64,000 bases of DNA. Origin: Balanoglossus misakiensis (lineage: Eukaryota > Animalia > Hemichordata). The stretch spans positions 11,546,909 through 11,610,908 of the forward strand of contig CM082580.2 of the NCBI GenBank assembly GCA_040954595.2. The letters run 5' to 3'. Both the position numbers and the translations under genes were made by a program. The notes beneath the pieces were generated by a model. That model worked only from the letters and a program-made list of their open reading frames with translations. It was not told the origin of the DNA and ran no database searches. Numbering within the stretch: the first letter of the stretch is position 1; each line of letters starts with the position of its first letter. This document shows positions 13,901 to 31,475 of this stretch, piece after piece.

Positions 13901-16900
13901 TGTTTCACACTATTTTCTTCTAGGTCAACAGCAAAGTTTTGTGAGAGAGCCTTATACAGTGTCCTAAATGAAACACTGTTACACTTGCCTTTTCCACAGA
14001 CGAGAAGTTTTTACAGGTTTCTTGAAAACCAAGCAGAAAAAAACCTGCCAGGTTGTTTCTTGAGCTAAAAATTGAAATCTTATCCCTGTGTCCCATTTTG
14101 TTTTGTTGTATGAGGGGACCAGCCTAAGAATTTTGAAAACAATCACGGTCAGGCAGAGTGATGAATAGGGTATATTGTGAAGCTGGTATGGTTCAGTCAA
14201 ATGCCAGTGGTGTAATGGCCTGGAACTGGTCGGTCTAGTGATGCAAATCAAACGTGTTTTGGGTTTAAATTGTGTCATTGTGACACCATGCTCTAGATTT
14301 CAACAAAGTCTAGTATAGTTACCGTAGTTGGGCATATCCACAGAAATTTGTGTTTCTCTGTTTACAGGTAAATATTTTAACAACAGCCCTCTTCTTTTGT
14401 AGGAAATTCTCAACCACTGTTTCAGTGATGTGGAATACTTTGTGGCCAAACTACAGAAGGCGGCAGATGCGTTTAACGAATTGGCAAGAAGGAAAAAGAA
14501 TCGCAAAACGAAGAAGAAGCAGGCGGGAGATGGCGTGTTACAGGCCAGATCCAGACCTCCTTCGGAAGAGGAGTATATCGACATTTTCCAGAAAATAAAA
14601 TACGCTTTCAATTTACTGGTGAGTACACAAGCAGATGTGTTGTTTCTAAATGAACTGATCAAGATTTAATGTGTTTGCATTTTACGACATGGAGACATGG
14701 CTGCCACATAAACGGTTCCTGTTTCCTGTTTGTGGCTTTGCTTGGCACAGCTTGGTCTTTTAGTTTTATAAATCACTGTCTATTTCCGGAAAGAGAACAC
14801 TGTCAAATATGCCAGCCATCTCAGATCAAGTGGAACAGAGATGTGGGCACACACAGTTGGATGACAAATACCCGCCTTCATGGCTGAGTGCAGATGGCCT
14901 GATAAATTTCCAGTCCAGTGCCGATATGTGGATTTTTCTCTCTGTCTTGTGGAAACTGGTATAGCTAAATTACTGACCGTAAAAAACATTCAGTCCTATT
15001 GTTTTTAGCGTGATCAGATCCATTTACAGAGAAAAGGGGTAGCCAGGGTTACACTCAAGGCTAGACAATGTGTACTGCATTCTTATAACACCTGTTGCTT
15101 TTGTATTTTCATTTCCAGGCTAAACTGAAGGCACACATCCACGATCCCAACGCACCTGAGTTGGTTCACTTTCTATTTACACCCTTGGAGCTGATCATTC
15201 AGAGTTGTAACGGGCCAGACCTCGCCAGGACTGTGGTCGCACCTTTACTTACACCTCAATCCATTGAACTTCTCAGGAATTGCCTGGCGTCCAGGGAAGG
15301 AGAGCTGTGGATTTCCCTGGGACCTACATGGACAACGCCAAAGTGAGTAGTCGTGGCTGTTGGATCTCAGCTGAAACCTGTCTATTAAGGACACCTCTGG
15401 GACTAGAAAATATGTCCTTAATAAACAGGTGTCCTTAATAGACAGATAATATTCTATTCAAAGTGTTACTTTTGTCTTGAAAAATCTGTCCTAATAGAGA
15501 GGTGTCCATAATGTTTGTTGCCATCTATCTGATGCAACAGACATGCCAGTAGATACGTCTTGATCTCATCATTCAAACGCTGACCAAATCTACTCTGTAT
15601 CAAGTCCATGATCATCTAGATAACTGGTTGATGTCGATGTTATCTGAGACATGTGACGTCTCTGGGGAAGAGGGTTGTGATGTGTAAAGCACCACCAGAT
15701 ATTGATTTTCAATTTGTAAACAATGAGGTATAGATTGATAATAAATGAGTCACAACACAATGGCTTTGTGTGCCTGTGCCAATTTGTTGTGATATCGTCA
15801 GAAGACAGGCTAGGCAGGCAGGGATAATGGTATGACCCTAAATCAAAGGGTGACCTAAAATCAATATAACTGACTCCAGAAGAGTGCATTCGTATACACA
15901 CTTCTTCAGATGATGTCAACTCTGGTATTTCTAGGTCAGGGTAAAAAAAAATTGTAGTGAACTCTTTGAAGTGATGAACTGGTCTCCAACAGAGAGTGAC
16001 AACTGAAAATCAGGGAGAGATTACCAAGGCACTAGTGCAGACTTCTAAACTTCAGTTTATTGCGATGTGACACATGATTTTAAAAAACTGCCACTCACCT
16101 GAGAAATCCGTTCTCTTCCACACAGGGCTGCCTGGCCCAAGGACCAGTATGTGCCTCCCTTTGTTCCCAGATTCCGGGATGGATGGGAGCCCCCGGTGAT
16201 GACATCGCACCCGGAGAATGCCCGGGAAGAAATTGAAGCCGCTGTGGCTGCAAATGTGGCTGCTGTGATGAGGGCTGAGGAAGTGCGCAAAGCACAAATA
16301 GAGGTGAGATTGCAACCAGCCATTGAACATGCTTGACAAAGAGTCTGTCTGTACGCCTCCCCCAGCAAACCCGCGTAAAGGCCTGCAGTTCTATTCTGTA
16401 TAATTGCTGTACTTGGATAACGATTGACCATGAACTTGTATCTTTGACAGGGAGAGGAGCGTGTCTTTCAGTTCCCACCAACCAGTGGTTCAAGTTACGG
16501 TGATACGTACTATGCCCAGCATCAAAAGAAGCCAGAGACGGCTGTCTCTCCCGCTGATCCAGCAGTGGCTGCCTTCAAGGCCAATGTTGCTAAACATGTG
16601 GACAGGTCAGTGACTTGTCTCAATGTCTTTTTATCAATATTTATTTACATTTTAAACAATGAAATAATTTTGTCAGTCTGCAATCATGTCTAAACAAATA
16701 TTAACAGGCAGCAACCTTGAATATTCAAATATTTGTATACTGTTTCTTCAGTCAAATGAAACCAAATGATGAGTTTGGCACCATCAAAAAATCAGGATAT
16801 TTTTTAAACTGTATTTGACAGGAACTACGAAGCACAGGCTCTGGCCAAGACAAGACAACATCAACAGCCACCACCTGCACAGCCACAGCAGCAGCAGCAA

Positions 16901-19900
16901 GGCTACTATTCATCCCATATCCCCTCGCCTCAACAAGCCAGTCCGTTGACTCACTCGCCCAGAGAGAAACAAACTGCAACTGCCAAATATGACTTTGTAG
17001 CACGCAACTACAAGGAACTTACAATCATGGCGAGTGAGACTTTGGAGGTAAAGTCAAACTGGGTTTTTTTTTGTGTTAGTGTTACCAGCTGAAAAGGCTT
17101 CATAATATTGGCACTTTTCATGACTTTCTCATTTCAAAACTTTATCCTACATCGAGTATATGAAAAACAAGCAGATTTGGATGTTAAGTGGAACTTGTCT
17201 TTTTTCCTTACAATCAGGTGATTGATGACACGCGTATGTGGTGGTGTGTCCGTAACTCATCAGGACAGACCGGATTTGTGCCATCCACTATCCTGGAAAC
17301 ATCTCAAACACCAGCCTCGGCCAATAGCCGGATCCCCTCCCCACCCCCGCAGTCCCCTCCCCCTGTGCCACAACCCAACACTCAAGACCCCATTTACCAC
17401 CATCACATACAGCATCGGGCAGTGAGTCAGGTGAGTGTCCCATCACATAGATACCCCTGGTGGCAATTTTTGCCATGTGTTTCTTTGTTTATAAACAGAG
17501 AAGTTATTTTGTGTGTTTGAGTCGTGACGATATTTGTTTGACACTTCCCGTGCTGTTCATCATGGCTTGTCAAACTAAATAAAGACCAGAGCTTTTAACC
17601 AGTACCGATACATTTTGAATGCTTTCATGTTTTTCCGTCATGAATTTACCTGTGTATACATACTTGCCAGTTGACATTGTGTTTCTGAAAAAAAAAAATC
17701 TAAAAATTTGACTCTTCTGTTGATCGCCAAAGTGGAAATCAGTTACTGCTAAAATAACCCAGCAAATTAAGGAAGTGGAAGAAAAGGTTGGCATCACTCT
17801 TTTGCATATTGTTGTCAATTTTTATAAAGGTAAAAAATGCTAATAACTAACCAGGAAGTTTGGCTATTTTTAGCAGGTATCGAATATGTTTACAAAACAG
17901 TTAAACCTTGTAAATCTCAATATCCAAATACAGAAACCCACCCACCTTAGTATGAGAGTTAAAGCATTTGATCTTACTTTAATGAATGGCTTAAAAGTCC
18001 ATAGCATTTTCTCCAATGTATAATCATTGTGACTCAACATATGTTTGGCTCCTGTGCCCTTAATAACAGTTGGTTTCAAGTAGATAATGTGAAGTCATAC
18101 CAGTTTCACCCCCCTCCCAAAACACATAATTTCAATTGCATTGGTTGGACCATATACATTTTTTTCCTTGCAGAATGTAACGCAGAGGGATTCTGTTTAC
18201 GCCAGCAACATCCCCCGACAGACACAGCCTCAGGCGGCACCCGTGCCCCCTCCTCCTCCTCCACCACCAACTCTGGGCGTGCCCCCACCACCTCCTCCCA
18301 TGAACTCAAACTATGCACAGGCACGGAAACCACTGAGCAGGCAATCATCGACCAGGAAAGGTTAGTAGTCACCATAGCAACAGTATCATCTTTCCCTTTA
18401 CAGTTCTGATAGTCATAATGCTGGTTATGTTTACCCATGGCACCAGTATCTCTCATCATTTCAACTCACTACACTACAACCAGCTTCATTTCAACCATCA
18501 GTGCTTGATAATATGTGATCTCAAATTGTCATCACCTGACCTTCAGTACAATTCATTCAAAGGGTGTAGTCCCACATTTGTGAGGGCGTTGGCTTAGAGG
18601 GCACACTACTGGACTTACGATTTAAAGAGAAGTTGACATGAATTGTTTGTTGTTATTTTTTAGACTCGGATGCATCCAACGACTTACAATATCAACTGAA
18701 GAACAGACAAGCACTGAAGAAAATCGATGCTGATGTCGAAAGAGGTCAGTGAAATGTTTAGAAGTCTTTTTAACATTAGCCCTGTGTTCTCAAGATTAGT
18801 CCAATAACAGATATCAGAGATTTTGCATAAGACTGTGTTTTATTCTGAAAATCAAAATTGCTGTTATTGTAAGGGTTATAAAAAGCAACAAATGTAGGGT
18901 GTGGTTTGCAGTATGTACTCTAAAACTTTTTTATACATGTGTTTTTTTACAGCCAAGAGGACAGATGAACTGCATGAAGAATTGAAAAGGCGTGTAAATC
19001 AAGGCAATAAGAGGAATTTCCAACCACGTCAACGGGCTCCATCAGTCAACATCACTCCTGACTCTCTTCCTGATGAAGTTACCAAGTGGTTGATTACAAA
19101 GGGATTCAGCAAATTGTAAGATTTCTAAATTCATTGCTGTGTTGGTCCACCTTTCTGCTCACAATCCATCGGCCAATTAGAAATTCACCCAAAATAACAC
19201 TTGTAATGTTGATCTGTAGTTCAATTATGATCAAGTTAACTTTGACAAGGCGTGGGAACCTCAGTGTGTACTTGTGAAACTACAAGTCCCAATTTCAATT
19301 TTAATAGTGGAACGTGTGTTTTGCTGTATTTTGTTTCTTGACTCTTTCTCCCATGGCTGTTGTTTCATAATGCTAACTTGCTCCCAGAAGTCATAAATTA
19401 TTGAATTATTGTCAGTCATTCAAACAGCACAGAAAGTAAACCCTAGATTTTGATTCAACACCAAACGGGCAAGAGATAAAGTGATTATATAATGTCGTGT
19501 AAGAATGGGAGAACAGGAGACATTGAAATTGTCTCTGGAGAGTTTGTGTTGTGATGAGCCAGAACAATGACATCATGACTTTCTCATAAATCATTCCTTT
19601 TACTTTTGAGTCCTCGTGGACAGAAGGTACTTACGCTTTTTAAGAAAAAGACCTTGGATTTCATATACTCGTGACCTACTGGTATAGCATTGCTCAAAAG
19701 TTGTGTACATGTACAAACAAAATATGTTATAGTTTTGGAGGGGAATAAATATGAAGTTGCATCTTCATGGTGAAATTCTTCAAGGAGAAAGTAAGAAATG
19801 AGAAAATGTATTTTACAGGACTGTGGAAAGCCTGGGTGTGTTGACAGGTGCTCAGTTATTCAGTCTGACGAAAGAAGAACTCAAACAAGTCTGTTACGAC

Positions 19901-21671
19901 GATGGTTCTAGAGTGTACAGTCAGCTGATGGTGCAGAAATCAAGGCTAGAGGTATGGTTTCAGTTGTTTTCTCCTCAAAATCATGTCCACGTTGTTTTGT
20001 AACTTTAAATCATAGACAATAAAAATGCACACGTAACTCTTAACAGCACCTTGTCTTCGTAGCGGTTTAAATAACACCTGACCCCCCATGTCACTAACAT
20101 TTAATTGTGTGTAGCATCGTTCTCCTGGGGGAATGTTTTCAAAGTGAGGGTAGAAAGAAAATACAGAAGAAAAAAACCCCTGATCATGATGATTTTTTTG
20201 GAAGACGATGACAGTCAGTTACGCGAGCGAGTACCCGCCTGCTCCCCCCGACCGTGAATTTTGTGTTAACATTTACCGTTCTTGTTTGTGTGTGGGGTTA
20301 GGATTCATTGAATGGATCTGCCGAACTGCAGGCAATAATGCAAAGGCGAAAAGAACGGGCCAACTCCGATAACTATGAAGATGCTGGTGCATTTCACCAG
20401 CCACCCCCAGACTTCAGCCCCGCTACACCCCCTGGATACAATTCATCAGGAGGTGGGTTCAAAAAATCCTACATGGAGTGTGCTAAAAAAAAGTCAAAAC
20501 TAACAACATTTCACTCATTCCAACATCTTAAGGGAGTTAAGAGATCTCATAGAAGCAATGTGGTAGAGGTAGTCAAAAATCATTTCTTTAGATTATATTT
20601 CTTGCTACTAGTACTCTTTCTCGTAACCACCAGCTGTTTTTAATTACATTAGAAATGATTGTGCTTCACTGGCTTTTCTTTGCTGTTTTGTTCGTTCACG
20701 CTGCAAGACCATAGACTTCTGAATGTACGCGCACCATGCCATCAAATCTAGATTTGAACACATAGCCTATTTAGAAACCAAAGCACCCTAGCACCCAAAA
20801 TTTTATCCCACTTAGAAACAAGCACAGTGCCGTGAAGATTTTGTATAAACGCGGGGTCCCTGTTCCGATAAGTATGATGGGGAAAAATACTGTATCGTAC
20901 AGAATCAAAGAAATGTGCATCATTCTATGAAAAGAAGTACTAAAACAGCATGACCTGTTGTCAGACAATACAGACATTGACAAACTTACTATTCACTAAT
21001 TTGATAATAACTTGGGATAGAAACAGGTAACCCTGAGGTTTGGTGAAGCTACCAGGGTTTTGAACTTTGACCCAGTGACATCACTATTTAGATTGCGATA
21101 GCGTATCTTCTGATGGATATTGGTGCAAGGGGCTGATTGATACGGGCAGCTTACTTATTCCAGATATGACGGCTAATTCAAAATAATCAGTTGATTATGC
21201 AATTAGGATATTTAAAGCGAAAAAAAAAATCAGATGATACAGAACTCCTTGTTGAAGTAAAGGGAAGCTTCTTTGAAGCATGAACATAGTTTCTAGTGGG
21301 AAATGTTAGGAAGTGATGAGCTAGGCAATGTTGTATTGAGGAACTGACCCACTGGAAGATAGATGCATGATTATTAACTATGGCCAATTCACCCTGTTAT
21401 CTCCCCTATGCATGAGTGCATGGTGACACCTAGGCACCTATTTAGTATGCATGTCAATCTGTCAATCATACCACTGAGCTGCCAATCACTGTTGTGTTAT
21501 GCAAATGTGGTGTGTGATCATCATGGGCCCATGGTCTGCAGTTTCTGTTGCCTTTTTTCTCCATCTGGCTTCTGCTGAACATTTTTTTTTACATAAAATT
21601 GAACTGCAACCTTAAGCTAACTTCAATTTTTACGTGTTCATTCTTTTCCAGATACGTCACCAAGCTGGTGA
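7955..21671 (+). CDS. EPS8: EPS8-family adaptor (PTB, EGFR-binding region, SH3, proline-rich, SAM-like effector domain)
   Basis: Phase-consistent GT-AG exons: 7955-8052, 8250-8350, 9365-9406, 11481-11539, 11963-12124, 12241-12390, 12875-13196, 13710-13828, 14403-14618, 15119-15342, 16126-16303, 16451-16605, 16822-17047, 17218-17430, 18174-18360, 18664-18744, 18953-19115, 19819-19951, 20302-20452, 21652-21671. Family motifs: VEHLATF (PTB start), [65 protein letters not shown] (SH3), [17 protein letters not shown] and [13 protein letters not shown]. The first three exons and the last exon are less certain than the core. Confidence 0.93.
9947..10036 (+). mobile_element. ~90-bp MITE with piggyBac-like ends, copy 1 (EPS8 intron)
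   Basis: Perfect 13-bp inverted ends TAACCCTTTCACC / GGTGAAAGGGTTA, with ATAA|CCC...GGG|TTAA boundaries. Homologous copies occur at 26250 and 41131. Confidence 0.8.
13327..13638. mobile_element. Non-autonomous double-hairpin element in an EPS8 intron
   Basis: 13327-13350 pairs with 13474-13497 (23/24). 13498-13525 pairs perfectly with 13611-13638 (28/28), and the stem continues inward (GATTTTGACCAGTTCA / TGAACTGGTCAAAATC). Confidence 0.75.
15369..15511. mobile_element. Degenerate DNA-transposon/MITE fragment with internal GTGTCCTTAATAGACAG subrepeats
   Basis: CTGTCTATTAAGGACACCT is inverted relative to AGGTGTCCTTAATAGACAG. A related remnant (AGAGGTGTCCTTAAGAGACAGATAA) lies at about 31925-31949 in BARD1 intron 3. 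Confidence 0.55.
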
Positions 21672-24450
21672 AAGATAAATCTGAGATGAAGTCGATTTTG
21701 TGTTTTTTCTTCAAAGAATCTGAACATACCAAACAACTGCTGCCCTCTATAGTCTGAATTCTGCAAGGATCTACCAAAGCGGGCCAAATTTCAAACACAC
21801 ATTAACATGAAATTATTGTACAGTTTATTTTCTATAAATCAAAATCAGATGTAAATATTAATGTTGAAATTTTGCTTGGGGGAAAAAAGTGATGGAAATT
21901 TTGCAAAGTGAGATTATTTCCAGTGAGCTGACGACACACAAACCCATGCAGCAGGGAGTGAGTGAATGAGTGAGTGGTGCAGGGCATCATGGGATCGTCA
22001 TGTGATCATCATGTGCTCGTCATGTACAATAAAGGACACACAATGTCTATTTTGTGATAATGAAACTATAGTGAGAATTAAGTTAGAAATAATTTTGATG
22101 ATTATGAATTTCTGACTGCTGCAAAAAATGTTGATAGAATTAGAAATACACATCAGCTGTGTGGAATGGTCTTTGAAATACCTCATGTTAAAGTTTGTAT
22201 GTCATGAATGATTCATGCTTTGAAATCTTGTACGCTCATCAAATTGTGTTCTTGTCAGCGATGTACTCTTTTTGTTCATTTAATTATTTTTTTCCATTAT
22301 GTAATGTAGATTCAGGAAAACAGACATGGGAAATTGAAAGAGTTTATACAAAATATATCCGTATTATATATTCATATAGAAAAGGTAGTTTGGGGAGTGG
22401 GTAGAAAAAGGAAAGTCCAATATATTGTGTGTAACCAGGTTACATAAACATTGTAGTAAGCTAACCTCTGCAGTGTCTGATATATGCAATATACTTATAT
22501 GTTATTATTTTACTTCCATTATTTCCAAACCCACCAGTTGTCATCCATGCCGGCAAAAACAAAGACAATTCGAAAAAACAGGCTTGAGACTTTGCCATTC
22601 CTTGTTTTATGCTTTGCAGTTAACTCATACTTACGTTATTCTGAAGTCTTGGCAACATTAATTTTTGAGGTAATCATGGACTTTGGGCAGTGTTGTCAGC
22701 CGTCATCACTCCCCTCCCAGCTGGACTTCAGTGCCATTATTATAGAGGGAGGAATGACACTAGATGAACAGACTGCTTGTTTATTACATTGGATACGAAC
22801 ACATTTGGCCATTTATATTTCATAGACATTTTAGTTGTGGGCATATGTTGGTTTATCCCACAGTGTTGTATTCTGGCCAAACAGACTAATCATCCATATT
22901 TGATATGAATTTCTCTTTCTGAAATGATCAAATTCTCTTGCTTTCCCCCTTTTTTTCAAGCGTGTCTGTTCACTAAAAAAATCTACTCAAGCGAACAGAT
23001 GGATTGTAGATGGTGTACTAACAAAATTGTGTTTAAAAAAAATTCAGCGGATAACAGGCTGTGTCATGCCACGAAGTAGAAACAAATCCAAGAAATTTGG
23101 TCTAGATGAGAAGAGAAGAAACAATTATAAGTTTTACCTAAGAAAGTTAAACTATATATATTATACTTGTGTAATCCACAAACATCTACTTCCATTTGAC
23201 AAGGGGTGGAGGGATATAGTAAGTTTTGGAGGGTAATCAGGTGGTCTGCTTTACAGTCTTATGTACCACAGTATTATTACATGAAAGAAAGTAGTACTAG
23301 CAGAGCCACTCGATCAGCAAAATCCAGTCAAACTTTACATTATGTATGGTGTTTGCATAAGGTGTATTTTATTCCTATGTTATGATTTTTTTGTGTTATT
23401 TTCACTCAAAATCCCAACATGAACTTTTTTAGTTGACCATGCAGATACAAAGCACAGGGGAGTGGGGCCAAGGTTGGTCGATGTCTTTGTGAAATGGAGC
23501 TACGGGTAAAAAGTGGCAAAAATACTGCGTAGAGTGGCGCCATTGTAGGGTGTGTGTAATCGGATGTTTTTGGCAGCGGGACTTTTCTGTGAAACTCTCT
23601 GTATACGTAAAAAATAGTCACAATGCTAAACAAGATTATGGACCCTTTAGTTTGGAACTAGACCGTACACACACCGTGACATTCATGCAAAGTAAATGTA
23701 GTTTTTAGCTAATAATAAAGCATATGTATTAAGTATATCAAACGGACAATAATCAGAAAAAAACATTCCATTTACATATTATATTAAGGTGAATGAACAA
23801 GGTCACAAAAGGCTAGAAACAAAAAACTGAAATGAAAGGAAATATAAAAAGATATTCTGGTTGTTGATCTCATGGTTTTTGATGGTCAAAATGAAATCTG
23901 TTGAAGAAAAACTATTCCCGGTTCTTCTGAGTTGTTACAGATATGGAACCTGGGAAATTTTGATATTGAAAATGACCTCTATTCTCCCATATATGATCAA
24001 GTCATAAAATAGTGTATGCAGCAACAAGGTGTGACCTGTGATGCAAAGCAATACAAACCAAGATTCTTCTAATGGTATGATTTTGTGGCAGGATTTTATA
24101 TTCATAAATGACGATAGTTATTCCTGAAGTATAACCACATTAATAATAATATAGCTGGCTAGGAAAGAGGTTTCTTACTAGATGTGAAATTGTTTTGTAA
24201 ATTTTTGTCAGAATTTGGAGGTTTACCCACACGATACTTTTGAAAACCCGGAATTTCTACAACCATTTTCAAGTTGCAAATTTGTCAGATTTTTTTGTCC
24301 TTTGATTTCAGAAATAATAGAAACCTCTTTGCTATTCATCACTAATGTCAATCTTATGTAATTATTTAATATCTATATATCTATGTTAATATTTGCTACA
24401 ATGACAACCCTGAGAATGTCACTATCATTTAATATGATAAGTTTTGTTAA

Positions 24451-24456
24451 AATAAA
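24451..24456 (+). terminator. Candidate distal EPS8 polyadenylation signal
   Basis: Last AATAAA before the convergent IDH1 3' end, followed by a T/G-rich tract (ctgttcttggttt). Confidence 0.4.
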
Positions 24457-24756
24457 AGAATTTCCAACCTCAAGGATAAGCTGTTCTTGGTTTATGATCA
24501 ACCCTCCAGTGGCGTTTTCCTTCTGCGACACTTCAGTGTAATTTTTAACAATGATATTGTCTGGTTCGATCTCATGCTAAGTGTACATGGAAAGTCAACA
24601 CATTGCATCGTAGAACTCCATAAGATATAGCAGTAAGTGTAAGTGCAGGCATCGTGATGCAAGTCAATGATTTGCACATGGTAACATCCAGCAGATAGAT
24701 GCCAAAACTAACCTGAAATGAGACTGCTACAGAATAATTTCCAATCCATGATGACC

Positions 24757-24762
24757 TTTATT
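24757..24762 (-). terminator. Candidate IDH1 polyadenylation signal
   Basis: TTTATT on the plus strand (AATAAA on minus), about 530 nt past the IDH1 stop. Confidence 0.45.
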
Positions 24763-25289
24763 TATCATTTGAAAATTTTATTTCGGATTCCCCTCTTCCC
24801 TTGTGCACATTCCAATGTACACAGAAAAAAATTAGTGTACATGTACTATGGGCAACTTACAAAACACCAATTTGTGTCAATATCCACGAATTTATCTCAA
24901 CCGTCCAACTGAGGGCGTTATACAAAATATGTGACATACCAGATTGCAGTTTGAGGGCGCTATTCAAATCTGAGGTACCGGTAATATTCACTTGCAAGAC
25001 AAATGTCATGATCCACAACTATAAAACTGTACACCCTTGCACATGAATGGAAGATTTCTTCTGGGAGATATCATAAAAGTAAAAGATCCCTTCTTTTCCA
25101 CAGGGAATCCTCACAAAAAGTCCAAATTTGATCATGTAAATTGCAATTGTAACTCAAAAACTGCTCCAGTGCCTCTAAACGATTAAAACAATATCTAACT
25201 TTACTCCCGACTAAAAAACACTGCCAAGTTGATTAACTCCCCCCCCCCTCCCTGTCAGCATCTCTTCTACATTTGTTTGTACATCTAAA

Positions 25290-30988
<5,699 letters not shown>

Positions 30989-31236
30989 GTTTGCTCGAGT
31001 GGATGTTAAATTACACGAAAAACTTTTTGAGGACAGAGCTCTCGCAGCTACACACTATGCACGGTACGATGGAATAGGCCATTCAATCTACAAATCATTC
31101 ATTGATGAGAGGAACAGGAAGTGACGTTGCAGTGGGCCGATCATGATGCGCCCTGGTCACTGCGCACGTATTTCCAAAATGGCGGGAGTTTAGAACGTAA
31201 GAGGCGAACATAACTTCATAACGCTCGACTTTACTG
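30989..31236. promoter_or_regulatory. Bidirectional promoter shared by IDH1 and BARD1
   Basis: Divergent ATGs about 250 bp apart in a CpG-rich region (~30520-31260). ETS/CRE composite CAGGAAGTGACG at 31115-31126, NRF1-like TGCGCACG at 31161, YY1 AAAATGGCGG at 31176-31185. Confidence 0.75.
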
Positions 31237-31393
31237 ATGATCGAGTACGATTACAGCATGGATAACGCTGCCAACGAATGGATAAACACAAAGGAAGCCC
31301 TTAAGGAATTAGACAATTCTCTGGGTTGCCCTATCTGGTAGGTTTCTACACCAGGAGCTTCTCAAACTGACATGGTGCTGAGCCCAAGTGATA

Positions 31394-31475
<82 letters not shown>

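Noticed and set aside
14357-14373. Pyrimidine tract with CAG|GTAAAT just upstream of exon 14403 (recursive-splice-like site)
   Set aside because: The intron is short, and the conserved protein alignment is met by the 14403 acceptor.
20453-20643. Hydrophobic tail suggesting a membrane-anchored EPS8
   Set aside because: Most simply intron read-through into T-rich sequence. A good downstream terminal exon exists at 21652.
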